Source of the DNA: a virus
Lineage: Duplodnaviria > Heunggongvirae > Uroviricota > Caudoviricetes
Direction: 5' to 3' (one strand)
Length of the DNA: 64,000 bases
Virus record (IMG/VR): IMGVR_UViG_3300020156_000001
Coordinates: 106,321-170,320 of that record
Part shown: one piece after another, positions 41,941-51,277 of the stretch
Layout of the letters: each line of letters begins with the position of its first letter
Numbering within the stretch: position 1 is the stretch's first letter
Notes under the pieces: generated by a model
The model's input: the letters and a program-made list of their open reading frames with translations, nothing else
What the model was told of the DNA's origin: nothing
The model's database searches: none
Translations under genes and position numbers: made by a program

Positions 41941-42794
41941 TTCAGGAACATCTCCACATACTCGGCGGTCTTATCGTGAAGGTATTGGAAACCATAAGGT
42001 TCCGCTTCAAGCCCATCGAGTAACTCAGGATCCAAATCATTGGCAATAGTGGGATCAGCCCAAGCAAGTGCCATAGCAATTGCCGCAACCGTGTCCACAT
42101 CACCACCAAAGCGAATCGCGTTCTTCAACACTTCGCTTGCGCTGGTAGAATCACGCCAAGCCGTAATAGCGTTTCGCGTACAAGGTTCAGCATCAACACT
42201 GGCCCATTCGCGCCGGTCATGAGTCCAGTCAACTTGTGGACTGCCCAAGTTGAAATTGACAAACTCTCCAAGCTTTTCGCGTGGACCCTTGCGATGAACC
42301 AAATAATGGAAAGCCAGCGCAACTGCACGAGCACATTCAATGGCAATAGGCGTATTGTGGGTAATTGCGGCTTGTTCAGCAGTTAAGCGAAGCACCGTGC
42401 TAACGTCCGAATACGCACCAAGTACCGCGCTACGCATGGGCGCGCCGCTTCGAACAGAATGCGGCACAATCGATAGCAATAAGTCTTCACCATTTTCTGT
42501 ACTGTCAAGCAGCTTTGCAAAGCCTGATGAATAACCTGGGCGTGGATCACGCTTATAGGTTTCATGAAAGAAGTCCGCCCACTTGATTGGCTTGCGTGGG
42601 ATTCGTCCCCCGCTAAGCATTGCGCGAACCACCGCAATGCTCATTTGCGCGTCGTCGGTGTATCGGCCATTACCCAAAGGAAGCTGTGGATGCTTGCCGT
42701 AGGTTTTACCGTCGTTGGGACCTTGATCCTTGGGCTCTACAAATTCTCGTGAAGCCCCATAGGCGTCACCAACGGCGATATAAATCAGCGGCAT
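41937..42794 (-). CDS. ADP-ribosylglycohydrolase (DraG/ARH family)
   Basis: GDAYG, YTDDAQM, GGDVDTVAAIA motifs. Confidence 0.9.
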   Translation of the reverse strand: MPLIYIAVGDAYGASREFVEPKDQGPNDGKTYGKHPQLPLGNGRYTDDAQMSIAVVRAMLSGGRIPRKPIKWADFFHETYKRDPRPGYSSGFAKLLDSTENGEDLLLSIVPHSVRSGAPMRSAVLGAYSDVSTVLRLTAEQAAITHNTPIAIECARAVALAFHYLVHRKGPREKLGEFVNFNLGSPQVDWTHDRREWASVDAEPCTRNAITAWRDSTSASEVLKNAIRFGGDVDTVAAIAMALAWADPTIANDLDPELLDGLEAEPYGFQYLHDKTAEYVEMFLK

Positions 42795-42795
42795 C

Positions 42796-43152
42796 TTACA
42801 CCTTCTTTAACTCGTACTGGTTTTTAGCCGCAATGGCCAAACCAAACCCATGCTCACGAAACAATCCACCTTCTTGCGGATTATATGCGAAATCTTCGAT
42901 ACGCGCATATGTATAAATGAAGTCACCAATTTCGATAAAGTCGGTTTCACCCTTATATCGGAACGTGAGCTTGCCATCGTAGATACCAAGGGGAAAGTCT
43001 TCTTCATCGCCATTGCCGAGAATTTGCTTAACGCTGTAGAAGTTGGAACCAGTCCAAATAACACCTACAACCTTGCCATCCATATAATTGTATTCGGCCA
43101 GCGAGTGACCCTGCTGACCAAATGATGAGCTCGTATATGTAAAGGTGTTCAT
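42796..43152 (-). CDS. Hypothetical protein
   Basis: 118 aa from MNTF. Confidence 0.65.
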   Translation of the reverse strand: MNTFTYTSSSFGQQGHSLAEYNYMDGKVVGVIWTGSNFYSVKQILGNGDEEDFPLGIYDGKLTFRYKGETDFIEIGDFIYTYARIEDFAYNPQEGGLFREHGFGLAIAAKNQYELKKV

Positions 43153-43517
43153 TCTTCGCCTCGGCGCTTGCGTTGAAGCTCCGCAATAGCAGCCTGGCAC
43201 TCCTTGTTCAAGCCCTTCGTGAGACCCGCTTTTACAGCAAGATCAGCAAGATGACAAAGCACCCGAAGATCATCATCCACAAACGTGGCGTTGATGCCGA
43301 TAATTTCCTTTGCCCACTTACGGGTAAATTCGGCCACCGCGTTGTCCGCGTCAGCCGAGAAACTTGCTACACGCCACTTATCGCGCCAAGTTTCAACTTC
43401 AGTCTCGTTGGCATTACGCTCTGCAAGCAAAGCTATTGCAATTGGTGTTGGATCCACATCCGGTCCAATTGCCGTTGCAACATCAATAGCTTTTCGGTAG
43501 ATATCGTCGGGAAACAT
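43149..43517 (-). CDS. Hypothetical protein
   Basis: 122-aa ORF. Confidence 0.65.
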   Translation of the reverse strand: MFPDDIYRKAIDVATAIGPDVDPTPIAIALLAERNANETEVETWRDKWRVASFSADADNAVAEFTRKWAKEIIGINATFVDDDLRVLCHLADLAVKAGLTKGLNKECQAAIAELQRKRRGEE

Positions 43518-43855
43518 TAGCCAATCGCCGTTTTAGCTGCCAACACATGGTCCATTGTGCGAAAGCCCAAGGTCAATGGAATCAACGCTTGAACTTGCCA
43601 ATGACAGTCATCCAGCGAGGGCTGACAGTTCTCATTGTGATGAAACTGTACTTCTTCTTTCCAAATGGTAATGCCCGGTCCGATAACCGAAACAAGGTCA
43701 AAGACCACTTGACGATACTCAGACCATGACATGACATGAGCTGCTGACTCACTGTATGTGGGTGATTCAAACACCAAAGTATGTGTGAAAGGAATCACAC
43801 TTTTGAAGATTTCCGGACCTTCAACCGTCAAGCGTTCTTTGTACACGAATCCCAT
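43517..43855 (-). CDS. Hypothetical protein
   Basis: 112-aa ORF. Confidence 0.65.
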   Translation of the reverse strand: MGFVYKERLTVEGPEIFKSVIPFTHTLVFESPTYSESAAHVMSWSEYRQVVFDLVSVIGPGITIWKEEVQFHHNENCQPSLDDCHWQVQALIPLTLGFRTMDHVLAAKTAIG

Positions 43856-43856
43856 C

Positions 43857-44612
43857 TTATGCCGAAAGCTTTGCTAACATCAGTTGCCGCATTAGATCAT
43901 CAGTAAGGATGGTAATCAACCTATTGTCTTTAACAGGCTTCTCCGCTACACGCTCATTTGATTTCAAAGGAACGTTTTTGCAGAATACCTGCCCATCCTT
44001 TTCTATTCTAGTCACAGTCCCAAAATAGATACCCGCTGCCCCACTGCCATCGAATTGATACAATATATACGTGCAAAAGTCACCCACTTTTATTTCGCGC
44101 TCAAGGCGGTCAAACGCAGGTTTTTGTGCAAAACGCTTGGCACGGTCGCGATCGTACTTCCAAACAGTTTCACCTGTATATTTGGGAAGATATTCAACCG
44201 AGTACTCATATGTGGAAAATCTTGGACGATTGCTTCGCTTGTCCCATTGTAGATCCGTATAAAGGGTACGGATTTGTGCAAGTTGCTGAACCGCAGCATC
44301 TTGTTCCGCAGGAGTATGAGCAACTCGTCCCATTGGTGCGCTCCAGGAGTGGCGAAAGTTGGGACGATTTACTAGCTTTGCAATGGATCCAAAACGTGGG
44401 TCGCATGGATCAACAAAGCGAACATAGATTGTACCTGGATTATACCCATAATAGATGCGACCAAAAGCTTCCCACTCTTTGTCGCTGGCTTCGTTAAGCC
44501 ATGGGAATGATTTACCAAAGCTGCTCTTTGCTACGCTAAACAGGGCAAGACCGCCCATTGGATCTAGGGTATCATCAAAAACTTTGGTGGCGTCTTTTGT
44601 TGTGAGAGTCAC
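43857..44612 (-). CDS. Hypothetical protein, paralog family A
   Basis: 251 aa; DRLEREIKVGDFC...FGTVTRI; ends LMLAKLSA. Confidence 0.8.
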   Translation of the reverse strand: MTLTTKDATKVFDDTLDPMGGLALFSVAKSSFGKSFPWLNEASDKEWEAFGRIYYGYNPGTIYVRFVDPCDPRFGSIAKLVNRPNFRHSWSAPMGRVAHTPAEQDAAVQQLAQIRTLYTDLQWDKRSNRPRFSTYEYSVEYLPKYTGETVWKYDRDRAKRFAQKPAFDRLEREIKVGDFCTYILYQFDGSGAAGIYFGTVTRIEKDGQVFCKNVPLKSNERVAEKPVKDNRLITILTDDLMRQLMLAKLSA

Positions 44613-44637
44613 CTGAATACTCCTGAATAACTAAAAT

Positions 44638-44961
44638 TTATCCTATTCTAGTTTTCAGGAGTTCTGGTGTCAATTTATATTGCTCAAGCGCAAATTTGAG
44701 GAGAAAGCAAGCGGTTAGTTCCTCTGTTGCAAAGGTAAAACCCTCTGCATAGGAGCCCCAAACAAAGGCACCATCTTTGTCGTACTGGCTGCCAAAAAAC
44801 TCACGTATCCAATCGCCCATTGCCCATCTATCAGACGTTATTGATCCCAAAGGGATTTGTGGATCAAATTCACCATCGATAAAATGAATATCATCAACAC
44901 AACAACGGACTTTGAAGAGGTAATCCCAATCCTCGACTTCAAAGTTCCAAAGGAGTTTCAT
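44638..44961 (-). CDS. Hypothetical protein
   Basis: 107-aa ORF. Confidence 0.65.
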   Translation of the reverse strand: MKLLWNFEVEDWDYLFKVRCCVDDIHFIDGEFDPQIPLGSITSDRWAMGDWIREFFGSQYDKDGAFVWGSYAEGFTFATEELTACFLLKFALEQYKLTPELLKTRIG

Positions 44962-45197
44962 GAGTGGTTGAAACGCATGTAAATTTCAATCATGCGAGCT
45001 TTATCACGGAAAAAGAAATCAATAAGATTTCCATCATCCGTATATAAATGAGTTTTGTGGTCCCACTCTCTGCTTGATCCACTTGGACCTAGAAGATTGG
45101 CAATCGTATAACGAAGAGAGTGGCCATGATGAAAGGCGACCCTAAATCCATACTTTAGCGTTGGATGCTGTATCTCACTCAGCAGCTGGAAATTCAT
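44958..45197 (-). CDS. Hypothetical protein
   Basis: 79 aa from MNFQ. Confidence 0.55.
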   Translation of the reverse strand: MNFQLLSEIQHPTLKYGFRVAFHHGHSLRYTIANLLGPSGSSREWDHKTHLYTDDGNLIDFFFRDKARMIEIYMRFNHS

Positions 45198-45513
45198 TGT
45201 AGAGCTTTTCCATAAGTACTCGTGCTCCATTCGGCCTATTGCTTGTGTGATCACCCGTAGCAAGTTGCAGGCGTCGACGGGCGTCAACAGCGGCGTGGCG
45301 CATAAATTGCTCTCGGATGGTGCGATTGGCGAAGAAGAAGTATCCTCGGGCTTGGTACCATGTTGCTGCATGTGGCTTCTCGTCTGCTTTCTTTCCTAGA
45401 AAAGCATAGCACCAAGCTTCATAGTTCTTCAACTCTTCTGAGCGCGTGGCCTGAACAATGTAGGGCAAATCCGCGGGAACGTCATAACGTTGGATTGCCA
45501 GAAATTCAGACAT
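45175..45513 (-). CDS. Hypothetical protein
   Basis: 112 aa from MSEFL. Confidence 0.6.
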   Translation of the reverse strand: MSEFLAIQRYDVPADLPYIVQATRSEELKNYEAWCYAFLGKKADEKPHAATWYQARGYFFFANRTIREQFMRHAAVDARRRLQLATGDHTSNRPNGARVLMEKLYNEFPAAE

Positions 45514-46138
45514 TGTTCGCCTCCATCGCTTTGTGGACATGCTCGATAAGTTCAAGCTGCGAAAGCAGCATATGCTTGATGTTTTCGTAAGCCAGCGTGT
45601 GGTGAGGGAAGTTTCTCTTCGCCTTTTTGAGCATTGGGAGAAACAGCTCAAGTACCTCACGAACGTATTCGGCTTGTTTGGCCAGCGTAAAAACGCCTAC
45701 CATCGTTTGCAAGTTATGTATCCGATCACAAAGTTTTGCAAGGGATCCATACTCATCGGAAGCGAGATTTTCAAAAACAGTTTCTTCAACCTTTTTGACG
45801 CCGCGGAAGACCTTGGTCATGTTTTCAACGGAGAATCCAACCTTGTGGCCGAACTCGCGATCGTAAAACCAACCTACAAGCTCCTCGTGTGCGATATCGT
45901 AGTCCTCGCGTACATCGTGCAGTAGGATAATGCAAATGAGACGCTGCATGTCCTTGATGCCCGGAAGGGTCATCGCAAACAGCGCGATTTCAATTTGGTG
46001 GATTGCTTCGGGATCGCCGCCCTTGCGCTTGCCTTTGTGGTAAGCCAAGCACTTTTCAAGCGCGACTAGTGCTTCCGTATAACCGGCACCGATAAGCTGA
46101 GAACGGAGAATAAGTACCTTTTTCTTAAGCTTGTCCAT
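45506..46138 (-). CDS. RelA/SpoT-type HD domain protein (Mesh1/SAH-like putative (p)ppGpp hydrolase)
   Basis: YHKGKRKGGDP...H, LLHDVRED, KLCDRIHNL. Confidence 0.85.
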   Translation of the reverse strand: MDKLKKKVLILRSQLIGAGYTEALVALEKCLAYHKGKRKGGDPEAIHQIEIALFAMTLPGIKDMQRLICIILLHDVREDYDIAHEELVGWFYDREFGHKVGFSVENMTKVFRGVKKVEETVFENLASDEYGSLAKLCDRIHNLQTMVGVFTLAKQAEYVREVLELFLPMLKKAKRNFPHHTLAYENIKHMLLSQLELIEHVHKAMEANNV

Positions 46139-46192
46139 GTGCGGCTCCTTTGTTATGCGTTTAGAATAGCATAACCAGGAACCGTGTCAACT

Positions 46193-46591
46193 TCAGAAAG
46201 CCAATTTTAGGATCATAATTGTCTTGGGGTCTTTGGCTTGAACCATAAGCACACCAAAACTTAGAATCTCATCGTTTACGTAGGATCCAACAAAGAAGTC
46301 TTTGCCCTCTTTTAGCTCAGCGCGGGAAAGGATTTCACGAGCATGAAGCTCAGCATTTTGATTCGCTTCCCTTGATTCTTCAGTTAGAAACACCGTTAAA
46401 TGCCCGGGATGGACATAAAAGCGTTCATCCACCACAAGCTCGGCTTGGCACGTATAGATGGGATGATTTATTTCACGGTGAATAAAATCAAATTGCAACT
46501 CATCGAACTTATAGGTGTCGATGTATTCGGCCAAACTTACCGCTTTGCGTTTTTGGAAATAATCCTTAACTTTTTGGGTTATGCGGATCAT
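46193..46591 (-). CDS. Hypothetical protein
   Basis: 132 aa, ends MILKLAF. Confidence 0.7.
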   Translation of the reverse strand: MIRITQKVKDYFQKRKAVSLAEYIDTYKFDELQFDFIHREINHPIYTCQAELVVDERFYVHPGHLTVFLTEESREANQNAELHAREILSRAELKEGKDFFVGSYVNDEILSFGVLMVQAKDPKTIMILKLAF

Positions 46592-46956
46592 CGACGGCGC
46601 TTGTAACCCACACGCAGGGCATCACGGCCGGCGCTGGCATTATATGCGGCAACGTATTCTCGAACACTTTGGTTGCGAGCTTCAACTTCCTCGGCCGCAT
46701 TGCCTGTGCCGCGAATGGGCGCTATGAGATTTGTGCGAGCAGTGCGGTTTAAGCTGTAAACTTTTAGAGCGTGGGTAACAGCGTAGAACGCATTGGTGGA
46801 GCTTGCAAACCCATCCACCTTAACAGTGCCGGATCCGTCAGTAATTCGGGCGGACCAAGTTCCATCCTCTTGAGCAGTGACCATACCAATGGTCTTGCGC
46901 TTGTAGTCGATGTTGAACATACGAGCGTTAAACGGCTTGAGAATGTAATTGGACAT
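46588..46956 (-). CDS. Hypothetical protein
   Basis: 122 aa, promoter and GGAGATCGC RBS. Confidence 0.7.
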   Translation of the reverse strand: MSNYILKPFNARMFNIDYKRKTIGMVTAQEDGTWSARITDGSGTVKVDGFASSTNAFYAVTHALKVYSLNRTARTNLIAPIRGTGNAAEEVEARNQSVREYVAAYNASAGRDALRVGYKRRR

Positions 46957-46993
46957 TTGCGATCTCCTGTTGTTGTCCCAAATTTAGCAGGAT

Positions 46994-47359
46994 TCAGGAA
47001 TATGTCAACCGAATCAGAGCTGCATCCGTCTTATCTCGCAGATAAAGGATGTTTTGCTCTCTTTCGATATGCCATCGAAACGGATCAGAGGTTCCAAATT
47101 GTTCCCTGCAAAAGTCCACAATATGTAGAATAAACGCTCTGGCTGCGTTGTTGTTACGCCAGCGTTCTTCTGGAATGACGTTTCCCTTATCATCGACCAA
47201 CTTGGCTTGATGGAAACCATACCAAGCACGATAACAATGTTGGCCACGCCAAGCCCAACGACCCCAAGAATTAATGTCGTCTCTGCTTTCAACCATAAGA
47301 GAGAACTTCCCCAGTTTTTGAAAATCCTCAAACGGGGGAAGCTTTGGGCTAAACGGCAT
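46994..47359 (-). CDS. Hypothetical protein
   Basis: 121-aa ORF. Confidence 0.7.
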   Translation of the reverse strand: MPFSPKLPPFEDFQKLGKFSLMVESRDDINSWGRWAWRGQHCYRAWYGFHQAKLVDDKGNVIPEERWRNNNAARAFILHIVDFCREQFGTSDPFRWHIEREQNILYLRDKTDAALIRLTYS

Positions 47360-48384
47360 TAGGCTGCCTTAACATCGGCAAGAGTTTCAGCATCCACCAG
47401 CTTGGAGTCGAGATCAATCGAGCATTGCAGCTTGATCATCATAGCTTGGGAGCGATTCTTGAATGCAAATGCCACAGTCCGATAATCGGACTTCATGATA
47501 TAGTCGGACTTTGTGACCTTCTGCGACTTAAAGAAGTCCTTGAACTCCTTGATCTTTTCCGACGTTTCATCCGAATAAAGATCACGATTTGTGTCCTGGA
47601 ACATAAGCAGGGTTGTGAAGTCCTTGCCCTTTTCTTCCATATCCTTGAACACGCTGCGAATTGAACTGCCGTACTTGAGGGTCAGCGGGCGCAAGCGGAA
47701 AGCATTGTCCAGGTAATCCTTGGCCTTAAATGTTTCCTTGACCACCTTTGTGGCTTTGTCGATGGTCTGAACTTCAAGATCGTCTGGAAATTCAACCGTC
47801 TTGCCGCCGGGTTCGAACACATAGTAGATATCGGACGTATCGATACCATCATAGTAACCGGAATGGCTGAGCAGGAACAATTTCGTATCCTGAGAGCGCT
47901 TTTTCTTCATTGCCTTGGTCAGCTTGTCCGAATAAAGAACGCCGCCAGTTTTGTCTGCTTGTTTGATTTCTTCCTTGGATTTATCGTCCCAAGAAGAGTA
48001 AGGGATTTTCACGATATAGCCGAGACTTGGGCTGTGGAAAACGTAGATAAGCTGCTCAACAGCTTCTTCAAGTTCCACGTTGCCCTGCAAGTCTTTGAGC
48101 GTAAAGATGCCCTTGCCGCGGCCTTCAATTTCCAGAGGAATGTAAACGCCGCCGTGCGAGTAATCAACTGGATGATATGTGCTGGACTTGTCTAGAATGT
48201 TGATCGTTTCACCAGCTTTGAAGTCGGTCATCTTCTTGACCGTTTGAACGTGTTCTCGATAGGGAGGACCGTTTGGCAAATCACGCCAAACGTATTTGGC
48301 TGCAAGATGGTTTTCTGCGGAAAAGTCCTTGGTAACTTTCCACTTGCTACCTTTTGCCATTTGCTGGCGAATCGTTAAAGACAT
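47359..48384 (-). CDS. Hypothetical protein
   Basis: 341-aa ORF. Confidence 0.8.
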   Translation of the reverse strand: MSLTIRQQMAKGSKWKVTKDFSAENHLAAKYVWRDLPNGPPYREHVQTVKKMTDFKAGETINILDKSSTYHPVDYSHGGVYIPLEIEGRGKGIFTLKDLQGNVELEEAVEQLIYVFHSPSLGYIVKIPYSSWDDKSKEEIKQADKTGGVLYSDKLTKAMKKKRSQDTKLFLLSHSGYYDGIDTSDIYYVFEPGGKTVEFPDDLEVQTIDKATKVVKETFKAKDYLDNAFRLRPLTLKYGSSIRSVFKDMEEKGKDFTTLLMFQDTNRDLYSDETSEKIKEFKDFFKSQKVTKSDYIMKSDYRTVAFAFKNRSQAMMIKLQCSIDLDSKLVDAETLADVKAA

Positions 48385-48388
48385 TCGA

Positions 48389-48739
48389 TCACTCCACTAG
48401 TTGCTCAAAGAAAACTACGAACTTGTCGCTTGTGTAGTGGGTGTCAAACATTTCGGATTCTTCACCCAGCCCTTTTTTATAACAGGCGACCGTTCCGTCG
48501 TCAAGGAACGTTATGTCTGCATAATTGTACCGAGAGTTTTCGTGGAATTCAAATAGCGCATTGCCTTCATCAGTAACACCAATGAGAAACGGCTTTGCAA
48601 TGTAATGGGATTCAATTACCTCACGAGCCATATCAAAGGTCTTTTGAATTGGCTCCTTCTCATTTTCACCACCATGATCCTCACCAAGATTGCGAACAAT
48701 ATCAAGGCGCTCGAGAAGCTGAGTTTTGATTGAATTCAT
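48389..48739 (-). CDS. Hypothetical acidic protein
   Basis: 116 aa from MNSIK. Confidence 0.7.
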   Translation of the reverse strand: MNSIKTQLLERLDIVRNLGEDHGGENEKEPIQKTFDMAREVIESHYIAKPFLIGVTDEGNALFEFHENSRYNYADITFLDDGTVACYKKGLGEESEMFDTHYTSDKFVVFFEQLVE

Positions 48740-48890
48740 ATGGGTTCCCTCGTGTTGAACGAGAAAGAGCGGGCTGTCAGGCCCGCCCAATCCCGCAAGT
48801 CACATCGTTACAATGTGATTGTTGGCGTCACACCAACACAAACAAATTAACGTGAGGTTTTGCCATTGCAAGGCACTTTTTAAGAAAAAC

Positions 48891-49011
48891 ACGGGACGCC
48901 TGGACTCGAACCAGGAAGGGGACCATCCTCATAAGCCCACGCTACTCCTTTTGATCCAGTAGCCGATGGTCCAGCTATCCTTCACTACTCGTTTCACGAC
49001 TACTCGCCCAT
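48891..49011 (-). ncRNA. ~120-nt acceptor+T-arm RNA with complex interior
   Basis: ATGGGCG/CGTCCCGT; CCTGG-TTCGAGT-CCAGG; GGACCATC/GATGGTCC. Confidence 0.6.
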
Positions 49012-49049
49012 AAAAGAGACCAGGAGTAACCTCAACTGGCCAAACTTTG

Positions 49050-49208
49050 AAACTTTAAATGAAGTTTGCTACCAGAAAAGGACTCGAACCCTATTCCCTA
49101 GCTGCATTGAAATCTCAGATCAGCGTGCTGAAGACCGTCCTTGATTCATCAATACACCATCATTGGGACCACCCCATGCGTACTGATAGCAAACCACATT
49201 TAAAGTTT
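49050..49208 (-). ncRNA. ~123-nt acceptor+T-arm RNA inside a 24-bp inverted repeat
   Basis: AAACTTTAAATG-TG-GTTTGCTATCAG pairs with CTGGTAGCAAAC-TT-CATTTAAAGTTT; AGGG-TTCGAGT-CCTT. Confidence 0.6.
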
Positions 49209-49210
49209 AA

Positions 49211-49277
49211 GAGCTGCTTAGCTACTACTTTCACCCGACACCGTGAATGCTTAGGCGATTTCTTTGCCAAGCAGCTC
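49211..49277 (-). ncRNA. Stem-closed RNA at 5' end of ncRNA cassette
   Basis: GAGCTGCTT/AAGCAGCTC; promoter TTGACT-16-TACATT at 49313-49286. Confidence 0.4.
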
Positions 49278-49309
49278 ATATTCCGAATGTAATGCCAGTT
49301 AGAAGAAAG

Positions 49310-49627
49310 TCAACCGAGTTTTCGCATAACAATGGCAATTAATTCTCTTGGCGTTCCTGGAAATGTTCCTACGGCCATTTGACTTGCGTAGTGGAAAAAC
49401 TTGCGGCCACGGATTTCTTTCTTCCGTGGTGGATTCTTCTGATAGTTGGTAAAGTTATCACCCTGCATCATCTCCGTACGTAGGTGATGATGATCCCATC
49501 GGTATCTCGGAAATACCCGTAAAAGGTGGACTTCACTTGGATCATATTGTCGTTTTCCGCTGCTTCGCTTTCGCAATGCAGGATCACCTGGAGGAGTAAA
49601 ATTACCATAACGCGGGATATAACTCAT
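49310..49627 (-). CDS. Hypothetical basic protein
   Basis: 105-aa ORF. Confidence 0.65.
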   Translation of the reverse strand: MSYIPRYGNFTPPGDPALRKRSSGKRQYDPSEVHLLRVFPRYRWDHHHLRTEMMQGDNFTNYQKNPPRKKEIRGRKFFHYASQMAVGTFPGTPRELIAIVMRKLG

Positions 49628-49794
49628 TCGGGTAACTCAAATATTTGTTCGCCACTGAGGATTTTATCCTCAAGTAGGGTCCATATCTTGGACAACTGGC
49701 TTTGTTCCTCAGTATCGGCTTCAGCAGCCTTTTTTGCAAGCTCTTCCATTTTCAGCCTAAGTTCACGGATCGTGATAGGCATTTTGTCATCCAT
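49624..49794 (-). CDS. Hypothetical protein
   Basis: 56 aa from RBS-supported MDDK. Confidence 0.55.
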   Translation of the reverse strand: MDDKMPITIRELRLKMEELAKKAAEADTEEQSQLSKIWTLLEDKILSGEQIFELPE

Positions 49795-49870
49795 CTCCGT
49801 CTCCTCAGGTAGGTTATGCGGGAACTGATCCCGCATATTATTGTGCCAGCTTATGAAATGCGCAAGACGC

Positions 49871-50068
49871 TTAGTAGAAAACTTCACCGCCGTCGTTGCT
49901 GCCCTTTTCACCCTTTACAGCAAAGCGAACATCGCTCTGTGCGAGGCCGCAGCCGTAGTGGAGACCGTTGACCTTTCCAACACCAATGCGCTGGATGATA
50001 TCACCGGCGCGGTTGAGGGCGCGGCGGATCTGACGGCGGCGGGACTGCATGTTCTTGCGCTTGCTCAT
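49871..50068 (-). CDS. Small basic protein
   Basis: 65 aa, promoter and GGAGATCGG RBS. Confidence 0.65.
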   Translation of the reverse strand: MSKRKNMQSRRRQIRRALNRAGDIIQRIGVGKVNGLHYGCGLAQSDVRFAVKGEKGSNDGGEVFY

Positions 50069-50126
50069 TTCCGATCTCCTTTGTTATTCCCAAACTAACA
50101 TAGGAATAGGAAGTGTCAACCTGTTT

Positions 50127-50357
50127 TTATCTGAATAGTGGACGAATATTAGAATCGCGATCATAAACCAAATGGATGCCCTTGGTCTTGGGTACCGCAG
50201 GAAGTGTTGGTTCACTAAGCTCGTCAAACTTCAAAAAGAGTTCGTTGATTTCTTCCTTATCCGCGGGGTTTAGGTGTCCCGCGTTGAGAAGAGAATCCAA
50301 AGCCAATGCAATTAGGTCGCATTGTTTACCAGTAAGTTCCACGTGTATATCCGCCAT
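50127..50357 (-). CDS. Hypothetical protein
   Basis: 76 aa from MADIH. Confidence 0.6.
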   Translation of the reverse strand: MADIHVELTGKQCDLIALALDSLLNAGHLNPADKEEINELFLKFDELSEPTLPAVPKTKGIHLVYDRDSNIRPLFR

Positions 50358-50419
50358 TTTCTTGCCTTTGTGTGGGAATTGCTTCCCACACTGCATGATA
50401 CTCAACCCAGGTGTCAATA

Positions 50420-51277
50420 TTAACCAGTCCAACCTGCCGGTGGCTTACACCCCACACCGGGGAAAGGATTAGGCCGCACACTAAGCGAGTCTCGGCGCTC
50501 TACGATAATACCTCTGCGCTCAAGATTCTTGCGCGTATCATAGTACAAGACAATCTGCGACTTTTTTTCACCCTTGTCAAATGTAGTGGCAGTTGTATTG
50601 AAATTGGTGCTTGCGCCCCAACCTACGCCAAGTTGCTCAGGCTGTTCAGTTTGGGCAGTACCAAAATACGCATCCATTGTTGCCATGGGATCATAGGAAT
50701 CCGACAAAGTTGACTTTGCATTGGAATCCGCAATGCCCATTGACACGCTTGTTCCTACCATATTGTAAGTGGCAGAATCCGCAGTATTGTTGGACCAAGT
50801 GATTGGACTCGATGGCATCCAAGGATCGTAACGACGAACATAAGTGTCGCGATACAAAGGCAAAATTGTTGTCGTGTGGATTACCTGCGGCTGCTTTACC
50901 GCCTCAGCAAACACCATTACGCCAATAACACCGGTGTTGGTTGTGGTAGCATCAATGCCGCGTGCGTAGGACGAATCACGATCCTTAAACACGAATTCAG
51001 CAGCCTTGGCCGAGTCTACCATCCATCCTGGGATTTCAACTTTGCCATAAGCGGGTACAACCAGACCTGGGCTGTCCGGACCTGCTGGATTACCATCCAA
51101 CGTGCTAATGCCATCAACCGAGGGTACCACAAGCACTTTACCGCTGGAACGATTTGAAAACATCAGCTTGAACGATGAACCCTTGCGACCCTCGATAAAA
51201 GTATCGCCTTGATGTGGATATTCGTAAACGGGCTTGCCGTTTACGATAACCTCAAGAGAAAATTCCTTATCCTGCAT
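50420..51277 (-). CDS. Conserved hypothetical protein, translationally coupled to vWA gene
   Basis: 285 aa; FIEGRKG...VPSVDG...IPGW. Confidence 0.8.
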   Translation of the reverse strand: MQDKEFSLEVIVNGKPVYEYPHQGDTFIEGRKGSSFKLMFSNRSSGKVLVVPSVDGISTLDGNPAGPDSPGLVVPAYGKVEIPGWMVDSAKAAEFVFKDRDSSYARGIDATTTNTGVIGVMVFAEAVKQPQVIHTTTILPLYRDTYVRRYDPWMPSSPITWSNNTADSATYNMVGTSVSMGIADSNAKSTLSDSYDPMATMDAYFGTAQTEQPEQLGVGWGASTNFNTTATTFDKGEKKSQIVLYYDTRKNLERRGIIVERRDSLSVRPNPFPGVGCKPPAGWTG

